A stretch of 64,000 nucleotides of DNA from NCBI GenBank assembly GCA_031441465.1, contig JANOEP010000072.1:15018-79017 (forward strand). Reading direction: 5' to 3'. Both the position numbers and the translations under genes were made by a program. The DNA comes from a bacterium (lineage in GTDB: Bacteria; Krumholzibacteriota; Krumholzibacteriia; LZORAL124-64-63). This document shows positions 34,402 through 44,310 of this stretch, in pieces. Position 1 is the stretch's first letter. Every line of letters starts with the position of its first letter. Under the pieces are notes generated by a model. It was not told the DNA's origin. It saw only the letters and a program-made list of their open reading frames with translations, and did no database searches.

Positions 34402-37026
34402 ATGTACCGACGCCTCCAGCGCCCGGCCGCCGTCGCGGCGTGCGCGTTGCTGATCACGATCGTGACCGCGACCGCGGCGCTCGCCGCCGGCGAGGACCTG
34501 CTGTTCCCCGACCCGGTTTTCCCAGACTTGCCGCCCGGCGCCGAAGTCCTGAGCCTGGAGAACGGCCTGCAGGTGGTGCTGCTGCCCAACCCGGCCCAGC
34601 CCATGACGGCGGTGCTGACCCAGGTGCGGGTCGGCTCGGCGTACGAGGACTTCCGCACCAGCGGCATGAGCCACATGCTCGAGCACCTGCTGTTCAACGG
34701 CACCGCGACGATGACCCAGGAAGAGCTGTACGCCGCCGCCGACCGCCTCGGTGCCTGGAACAACGCCCACACGAGCGACTTCTTCACGAACTTCATCATG
34801 ATCGTCCCGTCGGCGAAGCTGGCCGAGGGTGTGGCCCTGCAGGCCGGGATGCTCTTCCACTCCACGCTGCCGGCCGACAAGTTCGAGAAGGAGCGGGGCA
34901 TCGTGGTGGGCGAGATCGTCCAGGCCCGCGATCGCGACGAAGACCCCGCGGGCGGGATCATCCGCGAGGCCGCCTTCGCGGGCAGCAGCCTCGCGCTGCC
35001 GACCCTCGGCACCCTGAGCACGATCGAGCACCTGCGCCGCGACGACGTCGACGCCTTCTACCACAACCACTACGTGCCCAACAACATGATCACCACGGTG
35101 GCCGGCAACTTCGACCGCGAGGCCGTCCTCGCCCTGCTGCGCGAGCACTTCGGCGCCGTGCCGCCCGGCACCGTGCAGCGGCCGCCGCTGACGCCCGCGC
35201 CGCCGGTGAACGGCGCCGGGGTCGTCACCCGCCGCGCCGGCGACACCCACGTGCTGGCCCTGGTCTACGAGGCGCCCGGCTACGGCGCGGCTGATTTCTT
35301 CGCCTTCGAGGCCCTGACCGGTCTGCTGGACGCGCCCGCGACCGGCCTGCTGGCGCAGGCCTTCGTGAAACTGCCCGAGGACCGGCGCCCCACCGTGTCG
35401 TCGTGGTGGGACCGGGCCGACGGTTTCGCCCGCCTCACGCTGCGCCTCGACCTGCCCGCGGACGCCGATCCCGCCCTCTACCGCGGTCTGGTCGTGGACG
35501 CCCTGGCCGCGGCCGCGAAGAAGGGCTTCGCGGCGGCCGACATCACCGAGATCGTGCGCGGGCGCACCACCGCGACGCTGCTCGAACGCGAGCAGTTGCG
35601 GATGCTGGCGATCACCGCCGCCGAGCCCCTGACCCTGGGCGGTCCGGACCACTTCCTGGGCTACCTCGACCGTCTGGCCGCCGTCTCGCCCGCCCGGATC
35701 GTCCGCACCCTCGAACGCCACCTCGTGGGCCGGCCGCACCTGGCGGTGCACGTGCTGCCCGCCGCGGCCGCCGCCGCCGGCGCGGACAGCGCCGCCGTCA
35801 TGGTGGAGCGCTCGACGTTGGCCAACGGCACGGTGCTGGTCACGCTGCGCAACCCCGTCTCGCCGCTGTTCGCGGCACACGTCGCGGTGCGCAACCGCGT
35901 CGCCCTGGACGGCGACCACGCCGGCGCCCTGAACCTCGTGCACCGGCTGTTGCCGATGGGCACGCGGGACTGCGACCGGGAATGCCTCGCGCACCGCCTG
36001 GGCGCGCTGGGCGCCGAACTGAAGCTCGTCGACGATCCGAACATCCCCATGGACGACTACTACACCGGCGGCCGCTTCTCCTGGGTGCGCCTGGAGACCG
36101 GCGCCGACGTCGGCCCGGCGGCCCTGACCCTGTTGCTCGGCCTGCTGCGCGAACCCGCCTTCACGGCGGCCGACGTGGCCGCCGAAATCGCGGCCCAGCA
36201 GGAGATCCTCCAACGCCAGGCGGGCAGCGCCGGGCAGCGCGCGCGGCGCCTGTTCGCCGACGCCCTCTACGGCGCCCACCCGCTGTCCCGTGCGCCCGAG
36301 GGTGTGCCGGGCTCGCTCGACGGCCTCGACCTCGCGGCCCTGAAGGACCTCCACCGCCGCGCCTTCGCGCCGGCGAATCTGGTGGTGACCGTGGTGTCGT
36401 CCTTGCCCCACGCGCAGATCGCCGCGCTGGTCGAGGCCCACCTGCCCGGCCGCGGCGAACCCAGCCCGGAGCTGCCGGCCCTGCCGGTGACCGCGCAGGA
36501 CGCCCGCGTGACCGCGACGGCCGGCGGGCCCATGGCCGCGATCCGCACCGGCTCGCTCTTCGCCGTCGATCCGGCCGACGCCCCCGCCCTGCAGATGCTG
36601 GTGGACGTGCTGTCGGACCGCATCGCGATGGATCTGCGCGAGACGCGCGGTTTGAGTTACAGTACGGGGGCCGGCGTGGAGATTCACGGCTCGGGAGCGG
36701 CCCTCGAGGCCTGGCTCAACCCCCCGGCGGCGCGCCTGGCCGAAGGGGAGCAGGCGCTGCTGGAGGCGGTGCGCGGCTTCGACGCCGCGACGGTCACGCA
36801 GGCGGAGCTGGACAAGGCGCGCGGGGCGCGCTCCGGCCGCCTGATGATGCGGCGCCTGGCGAGCATCAGCCAGGCCTACTACCTGGCGACGGCCGAACTC
36901 GACGGTCGGGTCGACGGCTACCTGACGGCGCTCGCGGCCCACGACACGGTGACGCTGGACGACCTCGTGCGCGTCGGCGGCAGGTACCTGAAGGACCGGC
37001 CGCTGGTGACCGCGGTCGCGAACTGA
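34402..37026 (+). CDS. M16 family (insulinase) zinc peptidase, secreted
   Basis: Signal peptide; HXXEH as SHMLEHLLF; NAHTS.D.T; second-half R/Y pair RETRGLSY. Confidence 0.92.
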   Translation: MYRRLQRPAAVAACALLITIVTATAALAAGEDLLFPDPVFPDLPPGAEVLSLENGLQVVLLPNPAQPMTAVLTQVRVGSAYEDFRTSGMSHMLEHLLFNGTATMTQEELYAAADRLGAWNNAHTSDFFTNFIMIVPSAKLAEGVALQAGMLFHSTLPADKFEKERGIVVGEIVQARDRDEDPAGGIIREAAFAGSSLALPTLGTLSTIEHLRRDDVDAFYHNHYVPNNMITTVAGNFDREAVLALLREHFGAVPPGTVQRPPLTPAPPVNGAGVVTRRAGDTHVLALVYEAPGYGAADFFAFEALTGLLDAPATGLLAQAFVKLPEDRRPTVSSWWDRADGFARLTLRLDLPADADPALYRGLVVDALAAAAKKGFAAADITEIVRGRTTATLLEREQLRMLAITAAEPLTLGGPDHFLGYLDRLAAVSPARIVRTLERHLVGRPHLAVHVLPAAAAAAGADSAAVMVERSTLANGTVLVTLRNPVSPLFAAHVAVRNRVALDGDHAGALNLVHRLLPMGTRDCDRECLAHRLGALGAELKLVDDPNIPMDDYYTGGRFSWVRLETGADVGPAALTLLLGLLREPAFTAADVAAEIAAQQEILQRQAGSAGQRARRLFADALYGAHPLSRAPEGVPGSLDGLDLAALKDLHRRAFAPANLVVTVVSSLPHAQIAALVEAHLPGRGEPSPELPALPVTAQDARVTATAGGPMAAIRTGSLFAVDPADAPALQMLVDVLSDRIAMDLRETRGLSYSTGAGVEIHGSGAALEAWLNPPAARLAEGEQALLEAVRGFDAATVTQAELDKARGARSGRLMMRRLASISQAYYLATAELDGRVDGYLTALAAHDTVTLDDLVRVGGRYLKDRPLVTAVAN

Positions 37027-37045
37027 GCCGGGGACGGGGAGGACC

Positions 37046-39124
37046 ATGATCCGGAGAGCGACGATCCTCTGCGCCTGTCTGCTGACCGCCGCCGCCGCGA
37101 GCGGGATGCCGGTCATCCATCACGATCTCCAGGTGCGCTTCGATCTGCCGAACCACCGCGTCGACGTCACGGACCAGCTGACGGTGCCCGCCGGCGTCGA
37201 CACCCTGCTGCTGAACGCGGGCGTGGCGCTGACGGGCCTGTCCCGCCGCCATCCCGACGGCACGGGCGAGCAGCAGAAGCTCGACGCCGCCGTCGGGGAG
37301 ACTGCGCCGCCCGACACGGCGGTCGTCCACCTGCAGGTCGATCCGAGCGGGCACACGCTCGCGGAGGACGAGGTCCTGCAGATGACCCTCACGTACGCCG
37401 CCCGCTGGTCCGAGTCCACCGCCGACGTCACCTTCTCCCGCGAGAACGTCGGCCGCGAGATCCAGGGCACGATCTCCGACGAGGGGATCTACCTGGCCGC
37501 GTCCTCCTACTGGCTGCCGCTCGCCGACGGCGCGCTGCACACCTACCGCTTGAAGGTCGTCACGCCGGCGGGATGGGAGCCGCTGACCCAGGGCGAGCGC
37601 ACGCTGCACGAGGAGAAGGACGGCCTGCTGACGACGGTGTGGGAGTCCGCCGAGCCCTCCGACGGCCTCACCCTGATCGCCAACCGCTACCTGGTGACCG
37701 AGCGCGACTTCGGCGGCGTCCTGGGCGCCACGTACTTCCTCGCCGACGAGCCGGCGCTGGTCGAGACCTACCTCGAGCGCACCGGCGCCTACCTCGACAT
37801 GTACCGCGCGATGATCGGCCCGTACCCCTTCAGCCGCTTCACGACGGTCGAGAACTGGTTCCCCACCGGCTACGGCATGCCCGGCTGGACCCTGCTCGGC
37901 GGCCAGGTGCTGCGCCTGCCCTTCATCCCCACCACCAGCTTCGGCCACGAGATCGCCCACAACTGGTGGGGCAACTCGGTGTTCGTCGACGTTGAGCGCG
38001 GCAACTGGTGCGAGGGGCTGACCGTCTACTGCGCCGACTACCACTACAAGGAGCTGGAGTCGCCCGCGGCCGCGCGGGAGTACCGCCGCACCCTGCTGAA
38101 GGACTACGCCGCCTACGTGCGCGACGGCCGCGACCTGCCGTTGCGCGACTTCCGCGAGCGCCACAGCGGCGCCACGCGGGCCGTGGGCTACGGCAAGTCG
38201 ATGATGGTCTTCCACATGATCGACGAGACGATCGGCCGCGACGCGTTCCTGTCCGCCCTGCGCGACGTCGCCCGCACGCACCTGTTCCGCGAAGCGGCCT
38301 GGGACGACTTCCTGGCGGCCTTCGCGGCGTACGGGACCCGCGACCTGACGGCCTTCGGCGAGGCCTGGCTGGGCCGCGCCGGCGCGCCGACGCTGCGCCT
38401 GGAGTCGGCGGCCCGCGAGGGCGACCGGGTGACGGTGACGCTGACCCAGGGCGACGACGTCTGGCCGCTGCGGGTGCCGGTCACGGCCACGACACCGGCG
38501 GGCCCGATCACTGCCATGGTCGTGATGGACGACCGGCGCCTGACCCACACCTGGACGGCGCCCGGAGCGACGGCGGTCCAGGTGGATCCCGATTATCATG
38601 TATTCCGGCGCCTGCATCCCGAGGAGATCGAACCGACCCTCAGCCAGATCCTCGGCGATCCCGCGCCCCGTTTCATCCTGCCGGCGGGAGCGCTGGCGGA
38701 TGCGGCCTCGGCCTTCGCCGCCGACTGGGTCGAAGGGGGAGAGGCGGTCGTCGTCGACGCCGCCGCCGATCCCGAGGGCCACAGCCGGATCCTGGTGAAC
38801 CCCGACGGCGCCGTCGCCAAGACGCTGCTGCCGGCCCAGGCGCAACTCGCGGGCGGGCTGCTGTTCCTGAACGGGCAGCGCCTCGACCTCGCGACCAACG
38901 ACGCGGTCCTGGCCGTGCCGGCACCCGGCCGGCCGGGAGCCGCCGACCTGCTGGTCTTCTGCCGTTCGGCCGAGCGCCTGACGGCGTTGGCCGGCCGACT
39001 GAGCCACTACGGCAAGTACTCGCACCTCGTGTTCCCCGCCCGGGGAGCCGCGCTCAAGGGCAACTGGGAGGCTGCGGCCTCGCCCCTGCGCGCGGACCTC
39101 ACCGGCAAGACGAAGGAGAAGTGA
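37046..39124 (+). CDS. M1 family aminopeptidase, secreted
   Basis: Signal peptide; HEIAHNWWG then NWCEG; YGKS. Confidence 0.88.
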   Translation: MIRRATILCACLLTAAAASGMPVIHHDLQVRFDLPNHRVDVTDQLTVPAGVDTLLLNAGVALTGLSRRHPDGTGEQQKLDAAVGETAPPDTAVVHLQVDPSGHTLAEDEVLQMTLTYAARWSESTADVTFSRENVGREIQGTISDEGIYLAASSYWLPLADGALHTYRLKVVTPAGWEPLTQGERTLHEEKDGLLTTVWESAEPSDGLTLIANRYLVTERDFGGVLGATYFLADEPALVETYLERTGAYLDMYRAMIGPYPFSRFTTVENWFPTGYGMPGWTLLGGQVLRLPFIPTTSFGHEIAHNWWGNSVFVDVERGNWCEGLTVYCADYHYKELESPAAAREYRRTLLKDYAAYVRDGRDLPLRDFRERHSGATRAVGYGKSMMVFHMIDETIGRDAFLSALRDVARTHLFREAAWDDFLAAFAAYGTRDLTAFGEAWLGRAGAPTLRLESAAREGDRVTVTLTQGDDVWPLRVPVTATTPAGPITAMVVMDDRRLTHTWTAPGATAVQVDPDYHVFRRLHPEEIEPTLSQILGDPAPRFILPAGALADAASAFAADWVEGGEAVVVDAAADPEGHSRILVNPDGAVAKTLLPAQAQLAGGLLFLNGQRLDLATNDAVLAVPAPGRPGAADLLVFCRSAERLTALAGRLSHYGKYSHLVFPARGAALKGNWEAAASPLRADLTGKTKEK

Positions 39125-39780
39125 TGATGCGCAAGAAGATGATGGTCGGATTCCTGTTGATGGCGGCCCTGGCCCTGGTCCTGGGCGGTTGCGGCATGAG
39201 CCGGGCCCAGAAGGGCGCGCTGCTGGGCGGCGCGGCGGGCGCCGGCGCCGGCGCGGCGGTGAGCAAGAACAACACCAAGGGGGCGGTGATCGGCGGCGCG
39301 GCGGGCGCCGTCATCGGCGGGCTGATCGGCTCCTACCTCGACAACCAGGCGCGCGAGATGGAGGAGATCGAGGGGGCCGCGGTCACCCGCCAGGGCGACG
39401 AACTGCAGGTCACCTTCGAAAACGCCATCCTGTTCGACTACGACTCGTCGGCCCTCAAGACCGCCTCGCAGGACCAGCTGCGCGAGGTCGCCGACGTGCT
39501 CTCGCGCTACCCTGACACCGACATCATGGTCCGTGGACACACCGATAGTTCGGGTTCCGACGACTACAACCAGTCCCTCAGCGAGCGCCGCGCCGCCGCG
39601 GTCCGCGGCTTCCTGATGGGCGCCGGCGTGGCCGCGAACCGCATCACCGCCCACGGCTACGGCGAGTCCGCACCGGTCGCCGACAACGGCTCCGAGTCCG
39701 GCCGCTCGCAGAACCGCCGCGTCGAACTGAACGTCCAGGTCAACGAGGAATTCCGCCAGCGCGCCGCCGAGCAGGGCTGA
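39124..39780 (+). CDS. OmpA-family lipoprotein with glycine zipper (YiaD-like)
   Basis: Lipobox LGG-C, GAAAGAG zipper, LFDYDS, GHTD, LSERRA, NRRVE. Confidence 0.92.
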   Translation: MMRKKMMVGFLLMAALALVLGGCGMSRAQKGALLGGAAGAGAGAAVSKNNTKGAVIGGAAGAVIGGLIGSYLDNQAREMEEIEGAAVTRQGDELQVTFENAILFDYDSSALKTASQDQLREVADVLSRYPDTDIMVRGHTDSSGSDDYNQSLSERRAAAVRGFLMGAGVAANRITAHGYGESAPVADNGSESGRSQNRRVELNVQVNEEFRQRAAEQG

Positions 39781-39854
39781 TCCGATCCCGATCCCGGGCG
39801 GGCGGCGTCCCTGCCGCCCGCCCCGCCGCCGACCGACCAACCAGGGAGCGAACC

Positions 39855-41312
39855 GTGACCACCTACGAGAGCCTGCAGCCCCGGTCCGTCTGGAGCATCT
39901 TCGCCGAACTGTCCCGCATCCCCCGCGGCTCCGGCAACGAGGCCGCGGTCCTGGACATGCTCAAGGCCTGGGCCGACGCCCGCGGCCTGAAGTGGAGCCA
40001 GGACCAGGTGGGCAACCTCCTGGTGCGCATCCCGGGCACGCCGGGCCGCGAGCAGGCCGCGCCGGTGCTCGTGCAGGGGCACGTCGACATGGTCTGCGAG
40101 AAGAACGGCGCCACGAAGCACGACTTCGCCAAGGACCCGATCAAGCTCCTGGTTGCCGACGGCTGGGTGACGGCCGACGGCACCACGCTGGGCGCGGACA
40201 ACGGCATCGGCGTGGCCATGGGGCTCGCCTTGGCCGACGAGAAGGGGCTCAAGCACCCCCCGGTGGAAGTGCTGCTGACCGTCGACGAGGAGCGCGGCCT
40301 GACCGGCGCGGCCGGCGTCGAGCCGGGCTTCTTCAGCGCCCGCCGCATGATCAACCTCGACTCCGAGGAGGACCGCTCCCTGTTCATCGGCTGCGCCGGC
40401 GGACGCGACTCGGTCATCACCGTGAAGAACAAGAAGAGCGCGCTGGGCAAGGGGCTCGTCGGGCACAAGGTCGTCGTGTCCGGCCTCAAGGGCGGGCACT
40501 CCGGCCTGGACATCGACAAGAACCGCGGCAACGCGATCAAGATCCTCGCCCGCCTGCTGCTGGCCGCGCGCGAGACGGTGCCCTTCAAGCTCGTGGACTT
40601 CGACGGCGGCAGCATGCGCAACGCCATCCCGCGCGAGGCCACGGCCCGCGTGGCGGTGCCCGAAGCGCAGGCCGGCGCCTTCAAGAAGCTCGTCGACAAG
40701 GCGGCGGCGGCGCGCATCCTGAGCGAGGAACTGGCCGGCATCGACGACCTGGCGTCCGTGAAGGTCGCCAAGTGCAAGGTGGACCACAGCCTGGGCGGCA
40801 ACTGCACCCTGCGCGTCCTGCGCCTGATCGAGGCGCTGCCCAACGGCGTGCTGGCCATGAGCCAGGCCATCCCGGGACTGGTCGAGACCAGCTCCAACGT
40901 GGGCGTGGTGAAGACCAAGGGGACCACGGTGGAGCTGGTCTGCTGCAGCCGCTCCTCGAACATGTCGGCCCTGGACGGCCTCGTGCAACGCCACCGGACC
41001 ATCGTCGCCCTGCTGGACGACCGGGCCGCGATCGAGCAGCCCGAAGGCTACCCCGGCTGGCAGCCGAACCCGGCCTCGCTGCTGGTGCAGGCCACGGCGC
41101 GCACCTACGAGCGGATCTTCAAGGTCGTGCCGGAGCTGAAGGCGATCCACGCCGGTCTGGAGTGCGGCCTGCTGACCGAGAAGTACCCGGACCTGGACAT
41201 CGTCTCCTTCGGCCCGGACATCCACGGCGCCCACTCGCCCGACGAGAAGGTGAGCGTGGCCTCGGTCGCGAAGGTCTGGCAGCTGTTCACCGGGGTGATG
41301 AGCGAACTCTAG
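39855..41312 (+). CDS. pepD: Aminoacyl-histidine dipeptidase (M20C)
   Basis: QGHVDMVCEK, GTTLGADNGIG, TVDEERGLTGA, NLDSEE, IHAGLECG. Confidence 0.95.
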   Translation: MTTYESLQPRSVWSIFAELSRIPRGSGNEAAVLDMLKAWADARGLKWSQDQVGNLLVRIPGTPGREQAAPVLVQGHVDMVCEKNGATKHDFAKDPIKLLVADGWVTADGTTLGADNGIGVAMGLALADEKGLKHPPVEVLLTVDEERGLTGAAGVEPGFFSARRMINLDSEEDRSLFIGCAGGRDSVITVKNKKSALGKGLVGHKVVVSGLKGGHSGLDIDKNRGNAIKILARLLLAARETVPFKLVDFDGGSMRNAIPREATARVAVPEAQAGAFKKLVDKAAAARILSEELAGIDDLASVKVAKCKVDHSLGGNCTLRVLRLIEALPNGVLAMSQAIPGLVETSSNVGVVKTKGTTVELVCCSRSSNMSALDGLVQRHRTIVALLDDRAAIEQPEGYPGWQPNPASLLVQATARTYERIFKVVPELKAIHAGLECGLLTEKYPDLDIVSFGPDIHGAHSPDEKVSVASVAKVWQLFTGVMSEL

Positions 41313-41337
41313 ACGGAGCGGCTCCCACCGACACGGA

Positions 41338-41370
41338 AGCGGCCCCTGCTCACCGGGAGCAGGGGCCGCT
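41338..41370. terminator. Hairpin between convergent genes
   Basis: AGCGGCCCCTGCTC-accgg-GAGCAGGGGCCGCT, perfect 14-bp stem. Confidence 0.7.
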
Positions 41371-41389
41371 CGCGTCTGGGGAGACGCGG

Positions 41390-43558
41390 TCACTCGCGGG
41401 GATCGAGCGGCCGTTCGCCGTCGTGTTCCAGGGCCGCGGCCCGCCGCACGGCGTCGCGGAAGTCGCGGACGCGCCCGTCGCCGCGCAGCTCGTCGGCCAG
41501 GTCGTCGGCCAGCGGGATCAGGTCGGCGATGCGGTGCTCCTTCGCCCAGAAGCTGTGCCGCAGGATCTCGGCGAACTCCGCCACGGCGGCCTGCAGGCGG
41601 AACCGCGCCGGCGCGGCGTCGAAGCTGCGGGAGAGGTCCTCCAGGCCGACGCGCTGCTCGATCTCGCGGACCGTGCCGCGGTCGCGGCCGGCCGGCTCCT
41701 CGTAGCGGACGCGCACGGTCGCCAGGCGGGGGGCGCGGCGCCGCGCGAGCGGGTCGGCCCGGTCGTCGCCGCGGACGAGCTTCAGCTCGTAGAGTGCGGT
41801 CACGGTGTGGCCGGCGCCGACTTCGCCCGCGTCCACGTCGTTGTTGCGGAAGTCGCGGTCGGCGACGTCGCGGTTCTCGTAGCCGAGCAGGCGGTAGCGG
41901 TCGACCGTCTCGGGGTCGAACTCCACCTGGATCTTCGCGTCGCGGGCGACGACCTGCAGGGTCGCGGTCAGGTTCTCGCGGAAGACGCGCTCGGCCTCGT
42001 CGGCGCGGTCCACGTAGGCGTAGTTGCCGTCGCCCGAGTCGGCCAGCCTCTCCATCAGCACGTCGTTGTAGTTGCCCATGCCGAAGCCCACCGCCGACAG
42101 GTAGATGCCGCGGTCCGACTCGCGGCGGGCGCGGGCGAGGATGTCGTCGGCCGCGGTCTGCGCCACGTTGGCGACGCCGTCCGAGCAGAGGACCAGGCGG
42201 TTGTTGGCGCCGTCGCGGAAGTGGCGGCGCGCCATGTCGTAGCCCTCGTCGAGGCCGGCCGCGGCGTTGGTGCTGCCCTCGGGCCGCAGTCGGTCCACGG
42301 CGTCGAGGATCAGTTCGCGGCGCGAAGCGTCCACCGGCTCGAGGACCGTGCGCGCGTCGGAGCCGTAGACCACGATGCCCACGCGGTCGCCCTCGCCCAG
42401 CTCGTCCACCAGGACGCGCAGGGTCCGCTTCACCAGGCCGAGGCGGTTCTCCTGCTCCATCGAGCCGGACACGTCGATCACGAAGACCAGCTGCGAGGGA
42501 CGCCGCCGTTCCGCGCTCACGGTGCGGCTCTGCACGGTCAGCCGCAGCAGGTGGTAGCCGTCGCGGAAGGGGGCCGGCGAGCCGTCGGCGTGGATCGCGA
42601 AGTCGCCGCGGCGCTCGGGCGCGAAGCCGGCGTCGAAGGCGTTGACGAACTCCTCGACCCGCACCGCCGCCGCTGGCGGCAATTCGTTGCGGGACAGGTA
42701 GTTGCGCGTCACGGTCCACGACGCCTGGTCCACGTCCACGGCGAAGGTCGACAGGGGGTCGTCCTCGACGGCGATGAACGGGTTCACTCCCGCGTGTTCG
42801 AAGTACATCAGCTCGTAGGGCTCGCCGTTGGGCGGGGTGGTGCCGCCGGTGACCGAGCCGCGGCCGGGTTCGACGACCGGCGCTCCGGGGACCCGCATGG
42901 CGACCTCTCCGCTGCGACCGCCGCGGCCGCTCATCTCGCCTTCGCGCATCCGTACGCCGCCTTGCTTGGCGCTGGATTCCTCGACCGAATCGATGGCGTA
43001 ATCGGAGAGTCGGTCGCCTGTGAAGGACTGCTCCGTCGTGGCGTTCTTGTCCTCGACCATGTACTTCGAACCTTCGACAACGAACGCCTCCGTGGTCATC
43101 AGCACGTCGTCCGGCGAACCGCCGCCGGTATCGCCCGAAATGCCGGCGACTTCGTCGCGGCCGGATTTCCGGGCCTCGCCGGCCGCGGTCCGCGGCGCCG
43201 GCGGCGGCGTGCCGTGCTCCGGCGTCGCCCTCGTGCCGAGATCGGCGGGCGCGGTCGCGGCCGAAGGCACGCCCAGCTCCGTGTAGCGGACGGTCCCGGT
43301 CGCGGGCGCCTCCAGGACGCGTTCGTCCACGATGTGCGTGGACCCGCGAATCGCCGGGTTTTCCCGTGCGACGTCGCCGCCGCGCATGACGAGCAGCGCC
43401 AGCGCGGCCAGCGCCAGGGTGCCCGCGACACCGGTCGCCGGCAGCAACAGGGTGCGCCGGCGGGGACGCGCCTCGCCCTCGGCGACGATCCGCCGCCAGA
43501 GGCTCTCGCGTTCGTGATCGGTGAGCAGGTGCTGGTTCTTATCGAGATGGCTTTTCAT
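41390..43558 (-). CDS. YfbK-like VWA-domain membrane protein with N-terminal anti-sigma-like segment
   Basis: Short N-terminal domain and TM; STFAVDVDQAS, VRVEEFVNAF, MIDAS DVSGSM, SDGVAN, YRLLGYENR, DAGEVGAGH.VTALYE. Confidence 0.9.
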   Translation of the reverse strand: MKSHLDKNQHLLTDHERESLWRRIVAEGEARPRRRTLLLPATGVAGTLALAALALLVMRGGDVARENPAIRGSTHIVDERVLEAPATGTVRYTELGVPSAATAPADLGTRATPEHGTPPPAPRTAAGEARKSGRDEVAGISGDTGGGSPDDVLMTTEAFVVEGSKYMVEDKNATTEQSFTGDRLSDYAIDSVEESSAKQGGVRMREGEMSGRGGRSGEVAMRVPGAPVVEPGRGSVTGGTTPPNGEPYELMYFEHAGVNPFIAVEDDPLSTFAVDVDQASWTVTRNYLSRNELPPAAAVRVEEFVNAFDAGFAPERRGDFAIHADGSPAPFRDGYHLLRLTVQSRTVSAERRRPSQLVFVIDVSGSMEQENRLGLVKRTLRVLVDELGEGDRVGIVVYGSDARTVLEPVDASRRELILDAVDRLRPEGSTNAAAGLDEGYDMARRHFRDGANNRLVLCSDGVANVAQTAADDILARARRESDRGIYLSAVGFGMGNYNDVLMERLADSGDGNYAYVDRADEAERVFRENLTATLQVVARDAKIQVEFDPETVDRYRLLGYENRDVADRDFRNNDVDAGEVGAGHTVTALYELKLVRGDDRADPLARRRAPRLATVRVRYEEPAGRDRGTVREIEQRVGLEDLSRSFDAAPARFRLQAAVAEFAEILRHSFWAKEHRIADLIPLADDLADELRGDGRVRDFRDAVRRAAALEHDGERPLDPRE

Positions 43559-44154
43559 GACCGGCCTCCTCGGATGACATCCAGTCCGCTGTCCGCGTCC
43601 TGGAGGAATGTCCGCATGCTGTGGCACGCCCGGTGGTGGTGGACCCGCGCGGTGGCCTCGGCGCAGCCGAGGCAGTCCGCGACCTCGCGGAACGGGAGTT
43701 CCTCGAGTTCCCGCAGCAGCAGGGCGGCCCGCTGCTGGGCGGGCAGCCGCATCAGCGCCGCCCGGAAGGCGGGATCGGCGACGGTCGGCGCGGGTCCGGG
43801 GGGCGCGACGGCGAGGTCGGAGGCGGTCTCGAGCGCGAAGGAGCGCAGGTGCCCGAGCCGCCGGCGCAAGCCGCGCCGCCAGTCCAGGGTCTTGCGCAGG
43901 GCGATGGCGCGCAGCCAGCCGAGCACGGGAGCCTCGCCGCGGTACGACGACATCCTGTGCATCGCCGTGACGTAGGTCTCCTGGAGCAGGTCCAGCGCGG
44001 TGTCGCGATCACCGGTCTGGTAGCACAGGAAGTTGAAGAGGGGCCGGCAGGTCTCCTCGTAGAGAGTCCGCCAGGTCTGCTCGTGGTCCCGTGCCGTGTC
44101 GTGCTCGTTGGTCAAGGCAGGTCGTCCTGAGGGTTCCGCGTTCATGGTCTCCAC
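43555..44154 (-). CDS. ECF sigma-70 family RNA polymerase sigma factor
   Basis: Region 2 DLLQETY, WL.AIA; region 4 LP.QQR.ALLLRELE.L...EVA..LG; stop overlaps the VWA start; start could be 44145. Confidence 0.9.
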   Translation of the reverse strand: METMNAEPSGRPALTNEHDTARDHEQTWRTLYEETCRPLFNFLCYQTGDRDTALDLLQETYVTAMHRMSSYRGEAPVLGWLRAIALRKTLDWRRGLRRRLGHLRSFALETASDLAVAPPGPAPTVADPAFRAALMRLPAQQRAALLLRELEELPFREVADCLGCAEATARVHHHRACHSMRTFLQDADSGLDVIRGGRS

Positions 44155-44171
44155 CTCCGTTCACCCACCAG

Positions 44172-44199
44172 GACGTTCCCGGCGGGCGATCCGTTTACA
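44172..44199 (-). promoter_or_regulatory. Putative ECF autoregulatory promoter
   Basis: TGTAAAC-17 nt-CGTC on the minus strand just upstream of the sigma gene. Confidence 0.55.
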
Positions 44200-44258
44200 C
44201 GGACGGAAGCTTTTCATGAGGAAGCGGGCGGGAGGGCGGCCCGTCAAGCCCGGAAAGA

Positions 44259-44290
44259 GCGGCGGCGGCCCCTTGCGGAACCGCCGCCGC
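44259..44290 (-). terminator. Probable terminator of gdh
   Basis: GCGGCGGCGG/CCGCCGCCGC stem followed by TCTTT on the minus strand. Confidence 0.55.
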
Positions 44291-44310
44291 GCCGTCGTCG
44301 GGATCGCGGG

